64,000 bases of DNA from the NCBI RefSeq assembly GCF_001194135.2, contig NC_068983.1, positions 159,046,146-159,110,145 on the forward strand. The letters run 5' to 3'. Below are positions 1-12,802 of the stretch, in pieces. How positions within the stretch are numbered: the first letter of the stretch is position 1; every line of letters starts with the position of its first letter. The notes beneath the pieces were generated by a model, which saw only the letters and a list, made by a program, of their open reading frames with translations, was not told where the DNA came from and did no database searches. The position numbers were made by a program, and so were the translations under genes. Source of the DNA: Octopus bimaculoides (Eukaryota).

Positions 1-655
1 TCTTTTTTTTCCGGTTTGTTTACATTCTTCGTAACGGCTTGTTTCCGCAGTAATCATTTCAAACAAGCATGAAAAAGAAGTCTAAAGGTTTCGCTTCCTG
101 AGAAAGACTATGGGTAGACCCTGTTTCCTCAGAAAAATTGTTAATAAAAATATTTTTTTAATCTCTTTCTGGTGTAAAATCATCCTCGCTGTCGCCGTCA
201 CTGCTTTCAGAATCACTGCTTTCAGAATTGCTGCTTTCAGTTTCGGATACAGAAATATCCGATTCATTATCGTTCACCACGTGCTTTTGTAGCTCATTCA
301 TTCTTTTCTTCGATATCTCCATATCTTCTGTTGAAAAACCTTAAAATTCGGAATCACTGCTTGATAGCATGAAACTCCTCTCCATCTTCAAAGTTGAAAA
401 AAATCAACGCCGCAAAAAATGTGGAAAAAAATCTTCCAAAATTCACTGAGTTCAAATATCACGCCAAACAATGTGGGAGACAATAACTCAACTGTTTGCA
501 AAGTGAAATCAGGTGTTTTAACGAATGTATTAACAAGATTTGGGTTCAAATATACATTTAAATAACAATGGGAATGCTCGGCTGGCTATGGCCGGGTTAG
601 TCTTATGAACCAAAAATTTTTTCGGCCGGCTATGGCCAGGTTAGTAACGAAAGGG
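1..655 (-). mobile_element. decayed piggyBac element, 5' end; transposase remnant runs off the left edge
   Basis: end ...gtaacgaaaggg|TTAA (656-659); subterminal repeats ggc(t/c)ggctatggcc(g/a)ggttagt; minus-strand translation from about 370 gives acidic S/D/E tract then FSEETGSTH..AKPLDFF..ITAETSRY (PGBD-like N-terminus) with stops. Confidence 0.75.
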
Positions 656-908
656 TTAAATCCCTTAACTTGATACTAAATGTTAATCATAGTATTTTCT
701 ATCCTGTAAATCTGTAACCTGCAAAATTAAAGCAATTTGTCAGACAAGTAATTGAACTTCTGAATATGTATCGAAGTTTGTAGACAGTTTCTCTCTAATA
801 AATTTAGTTTCAGAAAAATCTTTGATGTTATGAAAAAAAGAAATGTTTATTTAAAATAATAAATTTCTCTTGCATATTATGAATGAATTGATATTTTGAT
901 TTTTTCAG

Positions 909-972
909 ACTTCTTCCTAAAGCAAGAGTCATCTATTGTTCAGCTACTGGAGTGTCAGATGTGAAAAATATG
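909..972 (+). CDS. SBNO-like: exon w1: [21 protein letters not shown]
   Basis: tttttcag acceptor ending 908; 3' boundary requires GC donor at 973. Confidence 0.85.
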
Positions 973-1068
973 GCAAGATATTTTACTTTTTATATATTTC
1001 ATACATGAAATAAAATGAACAAATACTTCATTCTGGATTATGTTGTACTAGCTACGGCGGTACATATT

Positions 1069-1101
<33 letters not shown>

Positions 1102-4100
1102 GGCCCCTGCGCAAGGACGACACGCAAATTCGTGAAGCGTTCCATATTTTTTAGGCGCAGGAGTGGCTGTGTGGTAGGTAGCTTGCCTACCAACTACATG
1201 GTTCCGGGTTCAGTCCCACTGCGTGGCATCTTGGGCAAGTGTCTTCTACTATAGCCTCGGGCCGACCAAAGCCTTGTGAGTGGATTTGGTAGACGGAAAC
1301 TGAAAGAAGCCCGTCGTATAATATATGTATATATATATATATGTGTTTGTGTGTCTGTGTTTGTCCCCCTAGCATTGCTTGACAACCATTGTTGGTGTGT
1401 TTATGTCCCCGTAACTTAGCGGTTCGGCAAAGGAGATCGGTAGAATAAATACCGGGCTTACAAAGAATAAGTCCCGGGGCCGAGTTGCTCGACTAAAGTC
1501 GGTGCTCCAGCATGGCCGCAGTCAACTGACTGAAACAAGTAAAAAAAAAAAAAAAATTTCCCTCATTAAATTAATAACTTTATAATACTAAAAATATTTG
1601 TAAAAAAACTGTCTACCCTAATTAAAACTAATAGAAACATGGTTTGTTAATCTGATGCTATAACTGTTGGCCAGTCATCATTGCGATCATTTTGCATTTA
1701 CTTTCCATGCTGTCATGTGTTGGATAGATTATTATGGTCTGTATTAGTTCTTATTTAGAGTTACTGCCCTCTTAATGGTTGTCTTATGCTGTTCTTATTG
1801 TTATGGAGTGTTGTGTCACATAGTTTTTATGAATTACATTGCATTTTGCATTGACGTTCTGTTCAAAACAACTTAATATTTTACCTGATTGGGGTAAATC
1901 AATGGTTTTCAACTGGGGTCCATATGGCCCCTTAGGGTTCATATAAGATTTTTGGGGGTCCAAGCAACAAAATAATAAATTTTAAGGGTCCCTGAAAATA
2001 TTTTACTTTAGATGTCTGTATTGGTATCTATTGCAAGAAACAGCTTGGTTTCTTTCTCTAATATTTTACACAGTTCACTCCACACAAATTGATGTGTGAT
2101 AAACAAAATATCAGTTTTGAAAGATGTTTCTATAAAACTAGTTTTTAAGCATTGAATAGCGATGGGGATCCATCAGAATAAAATAGTAAAAAAAAAGGGT
2201 CCATAGATAATAAATAGTTGAGAACCCCTGGGGTAAATCAACTTGATCTGTACCCTACTTATTTACTGATCAGACAACCTGCTGTAAAACTCAGCCTTCC
2301 TTTCAGTGAACTGCATAATCTGAAAACATATCTGTTATTCAAACACTGTCTTTGTTGCTTTTTTTCCGTGTTTTAATTTCAATTTACATCCTTATATCAA
2401 CTTGCGTACACACATACGTCATGGAATATACATTTTATCTTTTTTTTTTCTTTTATTTCAGGCTTTCATGGAGAGACTTGGGCTTTGGGGAGATGGTGCG
2501 CCTTTTCCATCTTTTGAAAACTTTTTGGATTGTATGTCTCGAAAAGGACTAGGTAAATTATATATTTATATTTGTTTCCAGTGATATAAAGCAGATATGA
2601 TTATTAAGGAAAATTTTTCACCAGTTTGTTATACTTTTGGTTGAATTTTTGTTTCAATATGCTGTTGGGCCTCACAGAGGCAATGACCCAGACCTTTGGT
2701 ACTATGTCATACTTGAGAAGAAGACCCATCAAGCTGAACAAAATCGCAGCCGTGGAAGATGCCTGTGTCATGCAAATGGCATCCGTGCCAGTGGCATGTA
2801 AAAGCACCCATTACATTCTCAGAGTGGGTAGTGTTAGGAAGAGCATCCAGCCATAGAAAACCATGCCAACTCAGACTGGAGTCTGGTGCAGCCTTCCAGC
2901 TTACCAGCTCTGGTCAAACTATCCAACCTATGCCAGTATGGACAACAGACATTAAATGGTGATGATGATGTTAAAAGACTATGATTATATGATTTTTTTG
3001 TAGAAGGAGATTCGTGAAAGTCAAAAATCAAAGTCAAAGAATCAAATGTTAGATGTAAACTTTTAGTCAGTAGATAGGTGATAATTGAAGAACAGGAATG
3101 CTAATTATTCCATTTGTAACGAATATAGAAGTTAAGTAGAGTTAGATTAAGCTGAAAGATAAATTATCATTAAACAATGTTTTTAATATTGTTATACTGA
3201 TAGCAGAGCTTAAGAATAGAGGTTTCTCTTTTTAAACCTTTTATGATACAAACTTCTTGTTCTTTAATGTAAATTAAAAACCTTCCATCAAAATTTGATA
3301 TTTTTGTTTCAAATACCAACTTAATAATGACAGTTATTTTATTAAATTCATAATTGAGACAAAGGCAGCATATTTCTGCAGAAATATGGTAACAAATGGG
3401 TTAAAGTTCTTCCTTATCTATAATTCTGTTAATGTTAAGCTCTTAAAAAATTCTTATGCACATCAAACTGGTCTCTTTCATTGATAGCAATCATTATCTC
3501 AAAAAGGTGTGGATACATCTCTCTAAATTGTCTTTTTGTTTTGTATTCTTTCACACAATAATTTGAGTTATTTTTTTTTTTAACTGTGTCCTAGAAAATA
3601 CTGATTCAGGATTATGTTTTTCACAAATATGTTTTGGAAAGCATGCTTGTAGATTATCATTGTAAAAGGGAATGTATAATGTAAAATATTGTGATTATTA
3701 CTAAGTTGAATGTTCAGTAATTTTTTGAAAAAGAAGCTTAATATAATATGGGAAAACAAATTTTGAGTTGGTCAGTATAGATTTCATTAGTTTTGAAAAT
3801 CTGTTTGATATAGCTGGAAATGTGATGGAAATATGTTTTTTTCTGTTGATCTCTCCATGGAAACAAACAAAGAATAACTATCAACTTAGTTTACAAAGTA
3901 GTGCAATGTGAAAATCAAAATTATTTGATCTTTTGTTTCAAGTTGCCATCCTTGAATGATCAACACTGTTGATTTTAGAGAGATAACAACAGATTAAGAT
4001 AGTGAAATAGTTACATTCAGGTCTCAATCGAGTTGCAGATTTGATATTGTGGGAGTTCTCCACCCCCATGACATGACATTCGCTGCAGCATAAAACAAAT

Positions 4101-7100
4101 TGTTAAAATAGAAGGGAATAGAAGTAACTCTTGTATGAAGTGACTCTATTATTACTATTAAGCTCTTAAGTTAGCCATGATACAACAAATTTGTAATCAA
4201 TGCCATCAAGCCAAGTGAAATCGTAGTCCTGATCAATGCTGGTTTCCTGTAACTGACACCTGTGCCGGTAGCATGTAAAAAGCACCCTTTGAGCATTGGA
4301 CCTCATGGAACCAAGGTGGCTGATGCTGGTGGCATATGAAAAGCACCTTTTGAGTGTTGGGCTTTATGGAGGCAATGACAAATGACCGAGACCTTTGGCA
4401 TTATGCTGTGCTTCAGAAGACCCATCAAGCCAAGTAAAATTGTAGTCATGGCAGATACTGATGTCATGCAAATGGCATCCGTGCCGGTGGCATGTAAAAG
4501 CACCCATTACATTTCTTGGAGTGGTTGGTGTTAGGAAGGGCATCCAGCTGTAGAAACCATGCCAAATCAGACTAGAGTCTGGTACAGCCTTCCAACTTAC
4601 CAGCCCTGGTCAAACCGTCCAACTCATGCCAGCATGGACAATGGGCGTTAAATGGCAGTGGCAGTGGCAGCGGTGGTGGTGGTGGTCATTTCCATTTTTG
4701 ACATAAAACTATATTATCTAATGTTTCCTTTTTCTTAAGACTCTAGGGTGTGATCTGAAGGATATTTGGGTGCTATTTCTAACAAGTTAAGTTACTACAA
4801 AGAGGCTTATTTTATTGAAATATATTACAAGCAGGTGAAAATGCTGCTGCAACCTCATTTGAAAATTAGGCATTGTTGATTTTCCTTAACTCTTATTCTA
4901 ATCATAAGTAACAAGTCGTACACTATTTGTACATAAGAAAAAAATAATCAGTTCAGTTCAGATGTTCAATTTTTTTTTTCTTTTTTTTGTCACAGGTGCA
5001 GCTGAAATGCTTGCCATGGAAATGAAATCGTCAGGGATGTATGTTTCGAGAGGCCTCAGTTTTAAACAAGCAGAGGTAAATCACATTGTATTTAGATATT
5101 TATTTACTCTTGTTTTCATTTATTATATATTTTATGTCTATTTATATTTACTCTTTATCCAATCTTTATTTGAGTGTATTGTCCCTCAGAAAGTTGGTGG
5201 TATTAAGTAAATTAGACAAGATTAGGATTATAGTGAACTAATTTCATGATATGTTTAAGAACCCCAAAGCCTTGAACCTTTTGATTTATAACAGAAGGTT
5301 CATGAATTCATTTGGAAGTTCAGGATGTTCTGTGTATGTTGAAGATATAGTATTACATAGATGATCTGTAAATATACTGACCAAAATTACTATCGGTTAT
5401 ACTCTTTACACTCCTCTGTCCATTACATTGTACAGTGCTACAATCAAATGGAAATGGTATTAGGTCTGTTGACCCTCTCCTCTCTGACACTCACCCCTAC
5501 CTTCACTTACTCTTTATTTGTTGCATCTTCTCACCCAAATAGCAAAGATGATTATTGGACTTGTGTAAACTTCTATACTCACTCTCTCTCTTTCACCAAG
5601 TTGCCTGTAGATGGGAGTTAGCAGTGGATCCGTTCAAATTTGATACACCCACCATTATCTTCTCTGTGCTGTCAACCTACCTCGTCATAGTTGCTTCATT
5701 CCATTGCCCTCTTTTACCAACCATCATATGGTCTCCACACTGTGAAGTTATTACTTTTTCTTTTCCCTTATTCTCCCTTGCTAGTATGTCATTACTCATC
5801 TCTCTACCATTTTCACACCTTGGTCATTGTTTTCTCTCATGCTACTCACCCTCATCCTTAATCATTCTCTTTTCCTTTCACTCCATCTTGAATGGAGTCA
5901 CTGTAGGGTCAAGAGAACCTTTTAGTCTTGGTGAGGGCATAACATCTCTGGGGTTGGTGCAATGATGAAATGCACCCAGTACACTGTAAAGTGGTTGCTA
6001 ACAGGATGGGCATCCATCCATCGAAAATATGCCGAAAATTGGAATGTACAAGCAAGACATGACCCCTTCCCCTTCCTGACTTCCACATAAGAACCAACTT
6101 GAATTATGATAACTTGTGCAATCCATGCCAGCGTAGAAAATGCATATAAAATGATGCCGATGTAAAAAAAAAGTAGCAACATATCTGTTAAATGTAGAAC
6201 TGTATATCTCTTTCTGATAGTTTTTTTTTTTTTGCTTAGGTGCAATAGTAAAATGAATACTTTTGATAGCTTTTTAATTATTAACTACATTGTAGTTTAT
6301 TGGTTTCCAAAAGATGAAGTCTTTACTACCACTCTCTCACATTCTCACAGACATTTCTCTCTCTCTCTCTCTCTCTCTCTCAGACATACACACACACACT
6401 GGATTGGATTATGCTTTGATTTTAGCTACTTGCAAATATTTTGACATTTCTTTTGTTTTCTTTTACAGTTTATAACTGTAGAAGCCGAACTTACTACAGA
6501 ACAAATGAAAACCTATGACATTGCAGCATATATATGGTATATCATTCTTCATATTTCTGCTTCTAAACAAATGTTGATAAATAAATTTTGAGCTGTTAAC
6601 CTCATCGTTTATGAAAAAAACAAATGATGAAATAGATTATGGTATATATTTCATGCTCCCTGTATTCTGAGCTCAAATCCTGCTGAGGTCAACTTAGTCT
6701 TTAACCTTTTAACATTCAAATTATTCTGTCAAATGTAATGCTTATTTATTCACATTGATTTCAATTAATCATTCATTAGCTTTGAGATTTCTATGATGTG
6801 CTTGTTTATTTTTAGTATGACATTACTGGGTAGGTGTGAGAGGCCAAATATGGCCAGTTTGAACATAAAACAAATAGAAAAGTTTGGGCCAAATATGACC
6901 AGTTTGAGCCAATAAAAGGAAGTACCAGTGTATATATATCGTTTTTAAATTAGGGATGGATGAAAATGCCCATCATTTAAATACTGAATAAAAAAAGATA
7001 CTCATTAATTTTTAACTTGCATTTTTAGTCTATTGTGAAAGCTCCCATTCATACTTACTTTTGAATTAAGAAGTGTTCATTGTTCAGTCCTAGACTGAGC

Positions 7101-10100
7101 ACTTTAAAAACAAAGTTGAATTTTGAAAGTAAGAAGTAGTGTAGTGTTGATTTATATTTTTCTTAACTAAAACAAATAAGAGCTTGCATAATTACTGGTA
7201 TATGATGTAATTTTCCCTCCAAATGTACACAAAAAATTAATAATAGATGACATTTTACCTAATTCCTGCACACCAGCACCCACACATAATATGACATCCT
7301 GGTCTCTGTACATCGGCATATTCACAATTAGATAGATATCATCTAGTGATGAAAATTAATTAATTTGGTCAAATTGTGTTTTATAAAAATGGAAATCAGA
7401 AAGATGAGGTTAACAGCTCTGATAGATAACAAATATGAATAAGTAAAATAAAAATGGTTTTTGAATTAGCTAAAAATCAAGTTTCTAATTACATATGTGA
7501 TTTTCCAGGAATGAACTACGGAAAGCATTATCAACTGCCCTTCATCGGACAAATTGTGGCAATAATAGAATATGGACACAGTATTGGTCTTCACACCAGC
7601 GTTTCTTTAAACAACTTTGGTAAGTACATTATTACAAGCATTCTTTTAATTTATATATTATGGCTGTGAAGTTAATGCGGTGTGCTACTGAGTGTCTGGT
7701 CACAAAAGCTCAGATGTTACTACTGCCAGTGTGTAGTCTCCCCAAACAAAGAATCTATCTCTTTCTGCTTTAGTGTGCCTGAAAAATTAAATAAATAAAT
7801 CTCTATTACTTATAGCTGAGTGGTTATTTTCAAAATAACTTCTTCAACAAATTAATAAAATAGTAAAATATTATCTACCCATGTCAACATGGAAAATGGA
7901 CGTTAAATGATGATGATAATATGTATATGGCCTGATTTTTATAATTGATAAGCCTGTCAGATACATCATCATCATCATCATCGTTTAACGTCCGCTTTCC
8001 ATGCTGACAAGACATGGTAAATGTGTGTGGCAACTTATGGTAACCCTAGAATGGTTACCAAAGGAATATCCCTTGTGTTGTTATATTGATTTCAGACTGA
8101 ATGTCAGTTTTTAATCTTTTCAGTATGGGAATGAAAGTTCCAACAATTATACAACATGCACAAGAAGCATTACAGCAAGGCCATTGTGTAGTAATAGGTC
8201 TTCAAACAACTGGTGAGGTAAGTTTCTAATTCTATTATTTATATTAAAGAAGAAAATACAACTTTTAAGAAAAATTTCCAGTCTTCAAATTTAATAAATT
8301 TTTATTGCCTTTACAAATAATTTCTGTTGTTGGATTTAGTATTTCCTGGCATATAATGTGCACTTCAGCAATATGCTGTGCTTGAGTATAAGACCCGTCA
8401 AGCGTTGCAAAATCACAGTTGTACCAGATACCAGTGTCATGCAACTGGCATCCATGCTGGTGGCACTTAAAAGCACCCATTGCACTCTTGGAGTGGTTGG
8501 TGTTTGGAAAAGCATCCAGCCATAAAACCATGCCAAATCAGACTGGAGTTTGGTGCATCCCCTCAGCTTACCAGCCCTGGTCAAACCATCCAACCCATGC
8601 TAGCATGGACAACAGATGTTAAATGATAATGATGATGATTTAGGAAAAAATAAGTCTTAAAATCAAATTACAAAAGGTTTGGGTGATACTATAGGGCCTA
8701 GAAAAACGTGGAGACTAATTTTTATTTTTTATTTTTGGAAAAACTGTGTAAAATACTAGAAAATATGCATGTTAATTTGTTTAAATGATTTATATCTTCA
8801 TCCTCTCTTAATTTCAAAAGCCACTCTGAGTGGTTGGTGTTAGGAAGGGCATCCAGCTGTAGAAACTCTGCCAAATTTAGATTGGAGCCTGGTGCTGCCA
8901 TTTAACGCCCATTGTCCATGCTGGCATGAGTTGGATGGTTTGACCAGGGCTGGTAAGCTGGAAGGCTGTACCAGAATCTAGTCTGATTTGGCATGGTTTC
9001 TACAGTTGGATGCCCTTCCTAACACCAACCACTCCAGTCCTCAGTCAAATCGTCCAACCCATGCTAGCATGGAAAGCGGACGTTAAACGATGATGATGAT
9101 GATGATAAACTTAATTTAAAGAAGTATGAAAATCAGTAAATTTGCAAAAGAAAGAAAATAACAAGCAGTAATTGTTGTTATTTGCTTTTATCTATTTCTT
9201 GTTTGCTTACACATCTTACATTTATGTATGCAAAACATAATTTTTGGACAATATTTGTTCATCATTAATAAATTAGCTGGTATACAATTAGTTAAATTTT
9301 ACTGTTTTAATGAAATTTGAAAATTCTTCTTTGTTAATTTCCAGGCATCATTGGAAAATGAACTTGGTCGAAATAAAGGTGTTACTGGTTTTGTTTCTTT
9401 ATGCCGAGAAATACTAACACGGTTCATCAGAATTTACTTTCCTACTATGATTGAATGTGGAGTAAGTTTACTTATAGTACACATTTATTTTGTTTTGTTC
9501 AGATTTTATTATTTTAACCAACTCGTTATTATTTTTTTGTGTCAACTTCCAACTTCTTAATAATTTCTTGATGTGATGAGGGTGTCCAGAACATACCCTC
9601 AGAAAGTGAACACATGTGAGTGCAGGGGACAGAATCGGGAAGGGTATAGGAAGAGAGTAGATAATTAGAAATGGAGGTAGAGGTGAATGTTGTGAAGGAT
9701 GAATGAGGGTGGCGGGTTGGTTGATTGTAAACATGAGATGGGGTGAAAGTGATGAGAATGAAGGCAGGATGTAAGTACAAGTGGCTCATGAAAGAGGAGA
9801 TGGTGCCTGGCAGCACATCCCATCTTTGTTGTTCAAATACTTGTCACTATTCACATTTAGCTCATTTTCAATCGATTTACATAAATTACTGAGGTTATTA
9901 TTGTGGTCTACTTTTTATTATATGTGTATCTTGTCTGCTGAAGATATCATAAGACAATTGTAGTGCTGAAATCCTTATTGAAGTAATCAGACAATCAGGC
10001 TGATTTTTCCTTAATGGTTTATCCATTTTGGAGAGATTCTGATTCTCAAGATTATCTTCCCTTCTCACTTGGAATTTGTACCAAATGATTAGATATTAGA

Positions 10101-12759
10101 GATAGTTAAATCAAATCAAGAATTTATCTTGTTATTTAATATGCCCTTATTTGTCTTTGTTGCCAGTACCGCCTGACTGGCCTTCGTGCCGGTGGCGTGT
10201 AAAAGCACCCACTACACTCTTGGAGTGGTTGGCGTTAGGAAGGGCATCCAGCTGCTGAAACCATGCCAAAGGTGACAGTGGAACCTCTTGTCAACTCTAG
10301 CTTGTCAGCTCTTGTCAAACCATCCTACCCATACCAACATGGAAACAAATGTTAAATGATGATGATGATGGTGCATATATTTATATTTTTAAATTTATAA
10401 TTATCAATAATATTGATATGCTTAGTTTCTTTGTTTTTGTACATACCTGTGGTGTGTGTCACACTTACTTCAAAGGAAGTGGTAAAAAGGTTGAAGGGAG
10501 AGGTACAAAGAAAAAGAGAAATAAAAGGTGTTAAGCAGAGGAGGTATACTTGAAGTGAGTGGCAAAGCGGGGGAGTGGGGAGGGACAGAAACAGGAAGTA
10601 TAGTTGAAGTGAGAGGCAAAGAAGAGGGAGTAAGAGAGAGAGAGAGAGAGAGAGGTAAGAGAAATATAACATGTTAAATGCAGGAGGATAGTTAGAGGTA
10701 AGGAGACCTAGAGGAAGGAGATGGGAGAGAGGGGGAAAAGAGAGATTTAGAGAGATAGATTGAGTGAAGGAAGGGAGTGGATAGAGAATAATAATGAAAA
10801 ATCAGTGGAACCATTTTCATACAAAAAATGCTGGAAACCTTTGTGTTTTCGACGATATATGATAAAGGCATTGAAAATATGGAAATTGCAAAAAGAAATG
10901 TCTATCTCTCTATCTATCTATCTATCTATCTCTCTATCTATCTATCTCTCTCTCTATCTATCTATCTATCTGTCTGACAGTTATTCTGTCTGTCTGCCTC
11001 TCTCTAACACACTCTCTTTCTAACACATTCGCTCTCTAACACACTCTCTCTAACACACTTGCTCTCTAACACACTCTCTCTAACACACTTGCTCTTTAAC
11101 ACACTCTCTCTACCCCCTCTATCTCTCAGCAAATAACTGTGACTGTTACTGTTACTTTTCTACAGTTGAAGGGTGAGGTAAAATGTTTATCAGTATTTTC
11201 AGAGTAAACAGATGCATACATTGAAAGAAAAGTAGCTACATAGATCAAAATAAAAGTTGATACATAGGTACATACACGCATTGTTAAATTAAAAGCGGGA
11301 GAGAGGAGGGACACAGAGGAAGTGAGAGAGACGATAGATACATAGATCGAAAGAGAAGTTGATACATAGACACATTGTTAAATCAAAGACAAATAACTAC
11401 AGCAAATGTTGGATGTCACTTTCACTTTTCAGTACCACATGAGGATAAAATTAACTTGCAAGTGGTTAAGTACTCCACAGACATGCATACTATTAACGTA
11501 GTTCTCAGGGAGATTTGGCCTCATACAGAATATAATGGCTGGCCCCTTTCAATTACAGCTACAACTCATTTTGGCCACCTGAGTGGACTGGAGCTAGTTA
11601 AACCTTGAAGTGGTTGGAAGAAAATGTAAAAAATATCCTATATAGGGGCAGGAAAATCTTTCTAGTCGTTAGGGCTGCTATGGGTGTTAATCCAGTCCTA
11701 ACAGTGGCATTTGTGGGTCTCACTGAACTGGAGGCCAAGCCCCAAGATAAACACAGATGTGCAGGCTGTTGTTATCAAGCTGAGCGAGAGTCCAGTGCAA
11801 AGTCACTACATGACGGAATAGCAATTATTTCGTCTTAGCTTTCACTGCTTATACTAAACACATGACATTTTTGCCTTACGATATGGAACATTTCCTTTTC
11901 TTTCACTTTTTAAAAAAAATGGCACTCCATCACTTATGACGATGAGGCTCTTGTTCATCTGATGAACAGAACAGTCTGCTTGCAAAATTAACATACAAGT
12001 AGCTGAGTACTCCACAGACATGCATACCATTAACGTAGTTCTCAAGGAGATTCAGCCTCACACAGAATGTGACAAGGCTGGCTCCTTTGAATTACAGCTA
12101 CAACTCATTTTTGCCAGCTGAATGGACTGCAGCAAGGTGAAGTACAATACCTTGCTCAAGAATACAGCGTGCCACCGGGAATTGTACTCATGACTTTACA
12201 GTTGTGGGCTGAATACTCCTAAGCACTGAGTCACTTTCACTCTCTTAACTGTAGAGAAAAGGATTGAAGCGATAGGGACAAAGGAAACCCTTAGTCATTT
12301 AAAATGACAGACTGAAATACGATCAATCTTTTCTATCTTTTTTTTAACAATAAAGAAGAAGGAAAGACATTCAGTAATGAATAGAGGTGTTTATGTTTTC
12401 ATTCTGGGAGTTCTAGAATTATTGACTGTTAGTTCTCTCTTCTTTGCCCCACCCCCAGTACTTATTCACCTTCTTTCATTGTTCTTCATGTCTATTAATT
12501 GGGGGCATGTTTAATGCTTCTTCTACAAACAAGCCCCCTCCCTTTTTCATACAAAAACTAATGCAAATTTCAAGCGGGGTCTCGCTGTGAAAAGAGCCCA
12601 GAAAAATAGGTAATACCCCCTACAAAATGGGTGGGGGAGAAAAGTTGCCAACAGGTGGCTACACAAAATTCAACTCTATACTTTAAAAGAGTGTCTTCTA
12701 CTATAGCCTTGGGTGGACCAATGCCTCGTGAGTGGATTTCATAGACGGAAACTTAAAGC

Positions 12760-12802
<43 letters not shown>

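Noticed and set aside
1153-1240. tRNA-like sequences here and at 39937, about 12230, about 19505 and about 63300
   Set aside because: They are SINE heads with A/B boxes, not complete cloverleaf tRNA genes.
5555-5965. 136-aa ORF and pyrimidine/purine-skewed blocks here and at about 9580-9830 and 10440-10800
   Set aside because: Probably very old LINE debris, but no motif was clear enough to classify.
11000-11110. Regular short repeats here and at 45557 and about 51490-51660 considered as CRISPR-like
   Set aside because: No unique spacers; eukaryotic minisatellites.
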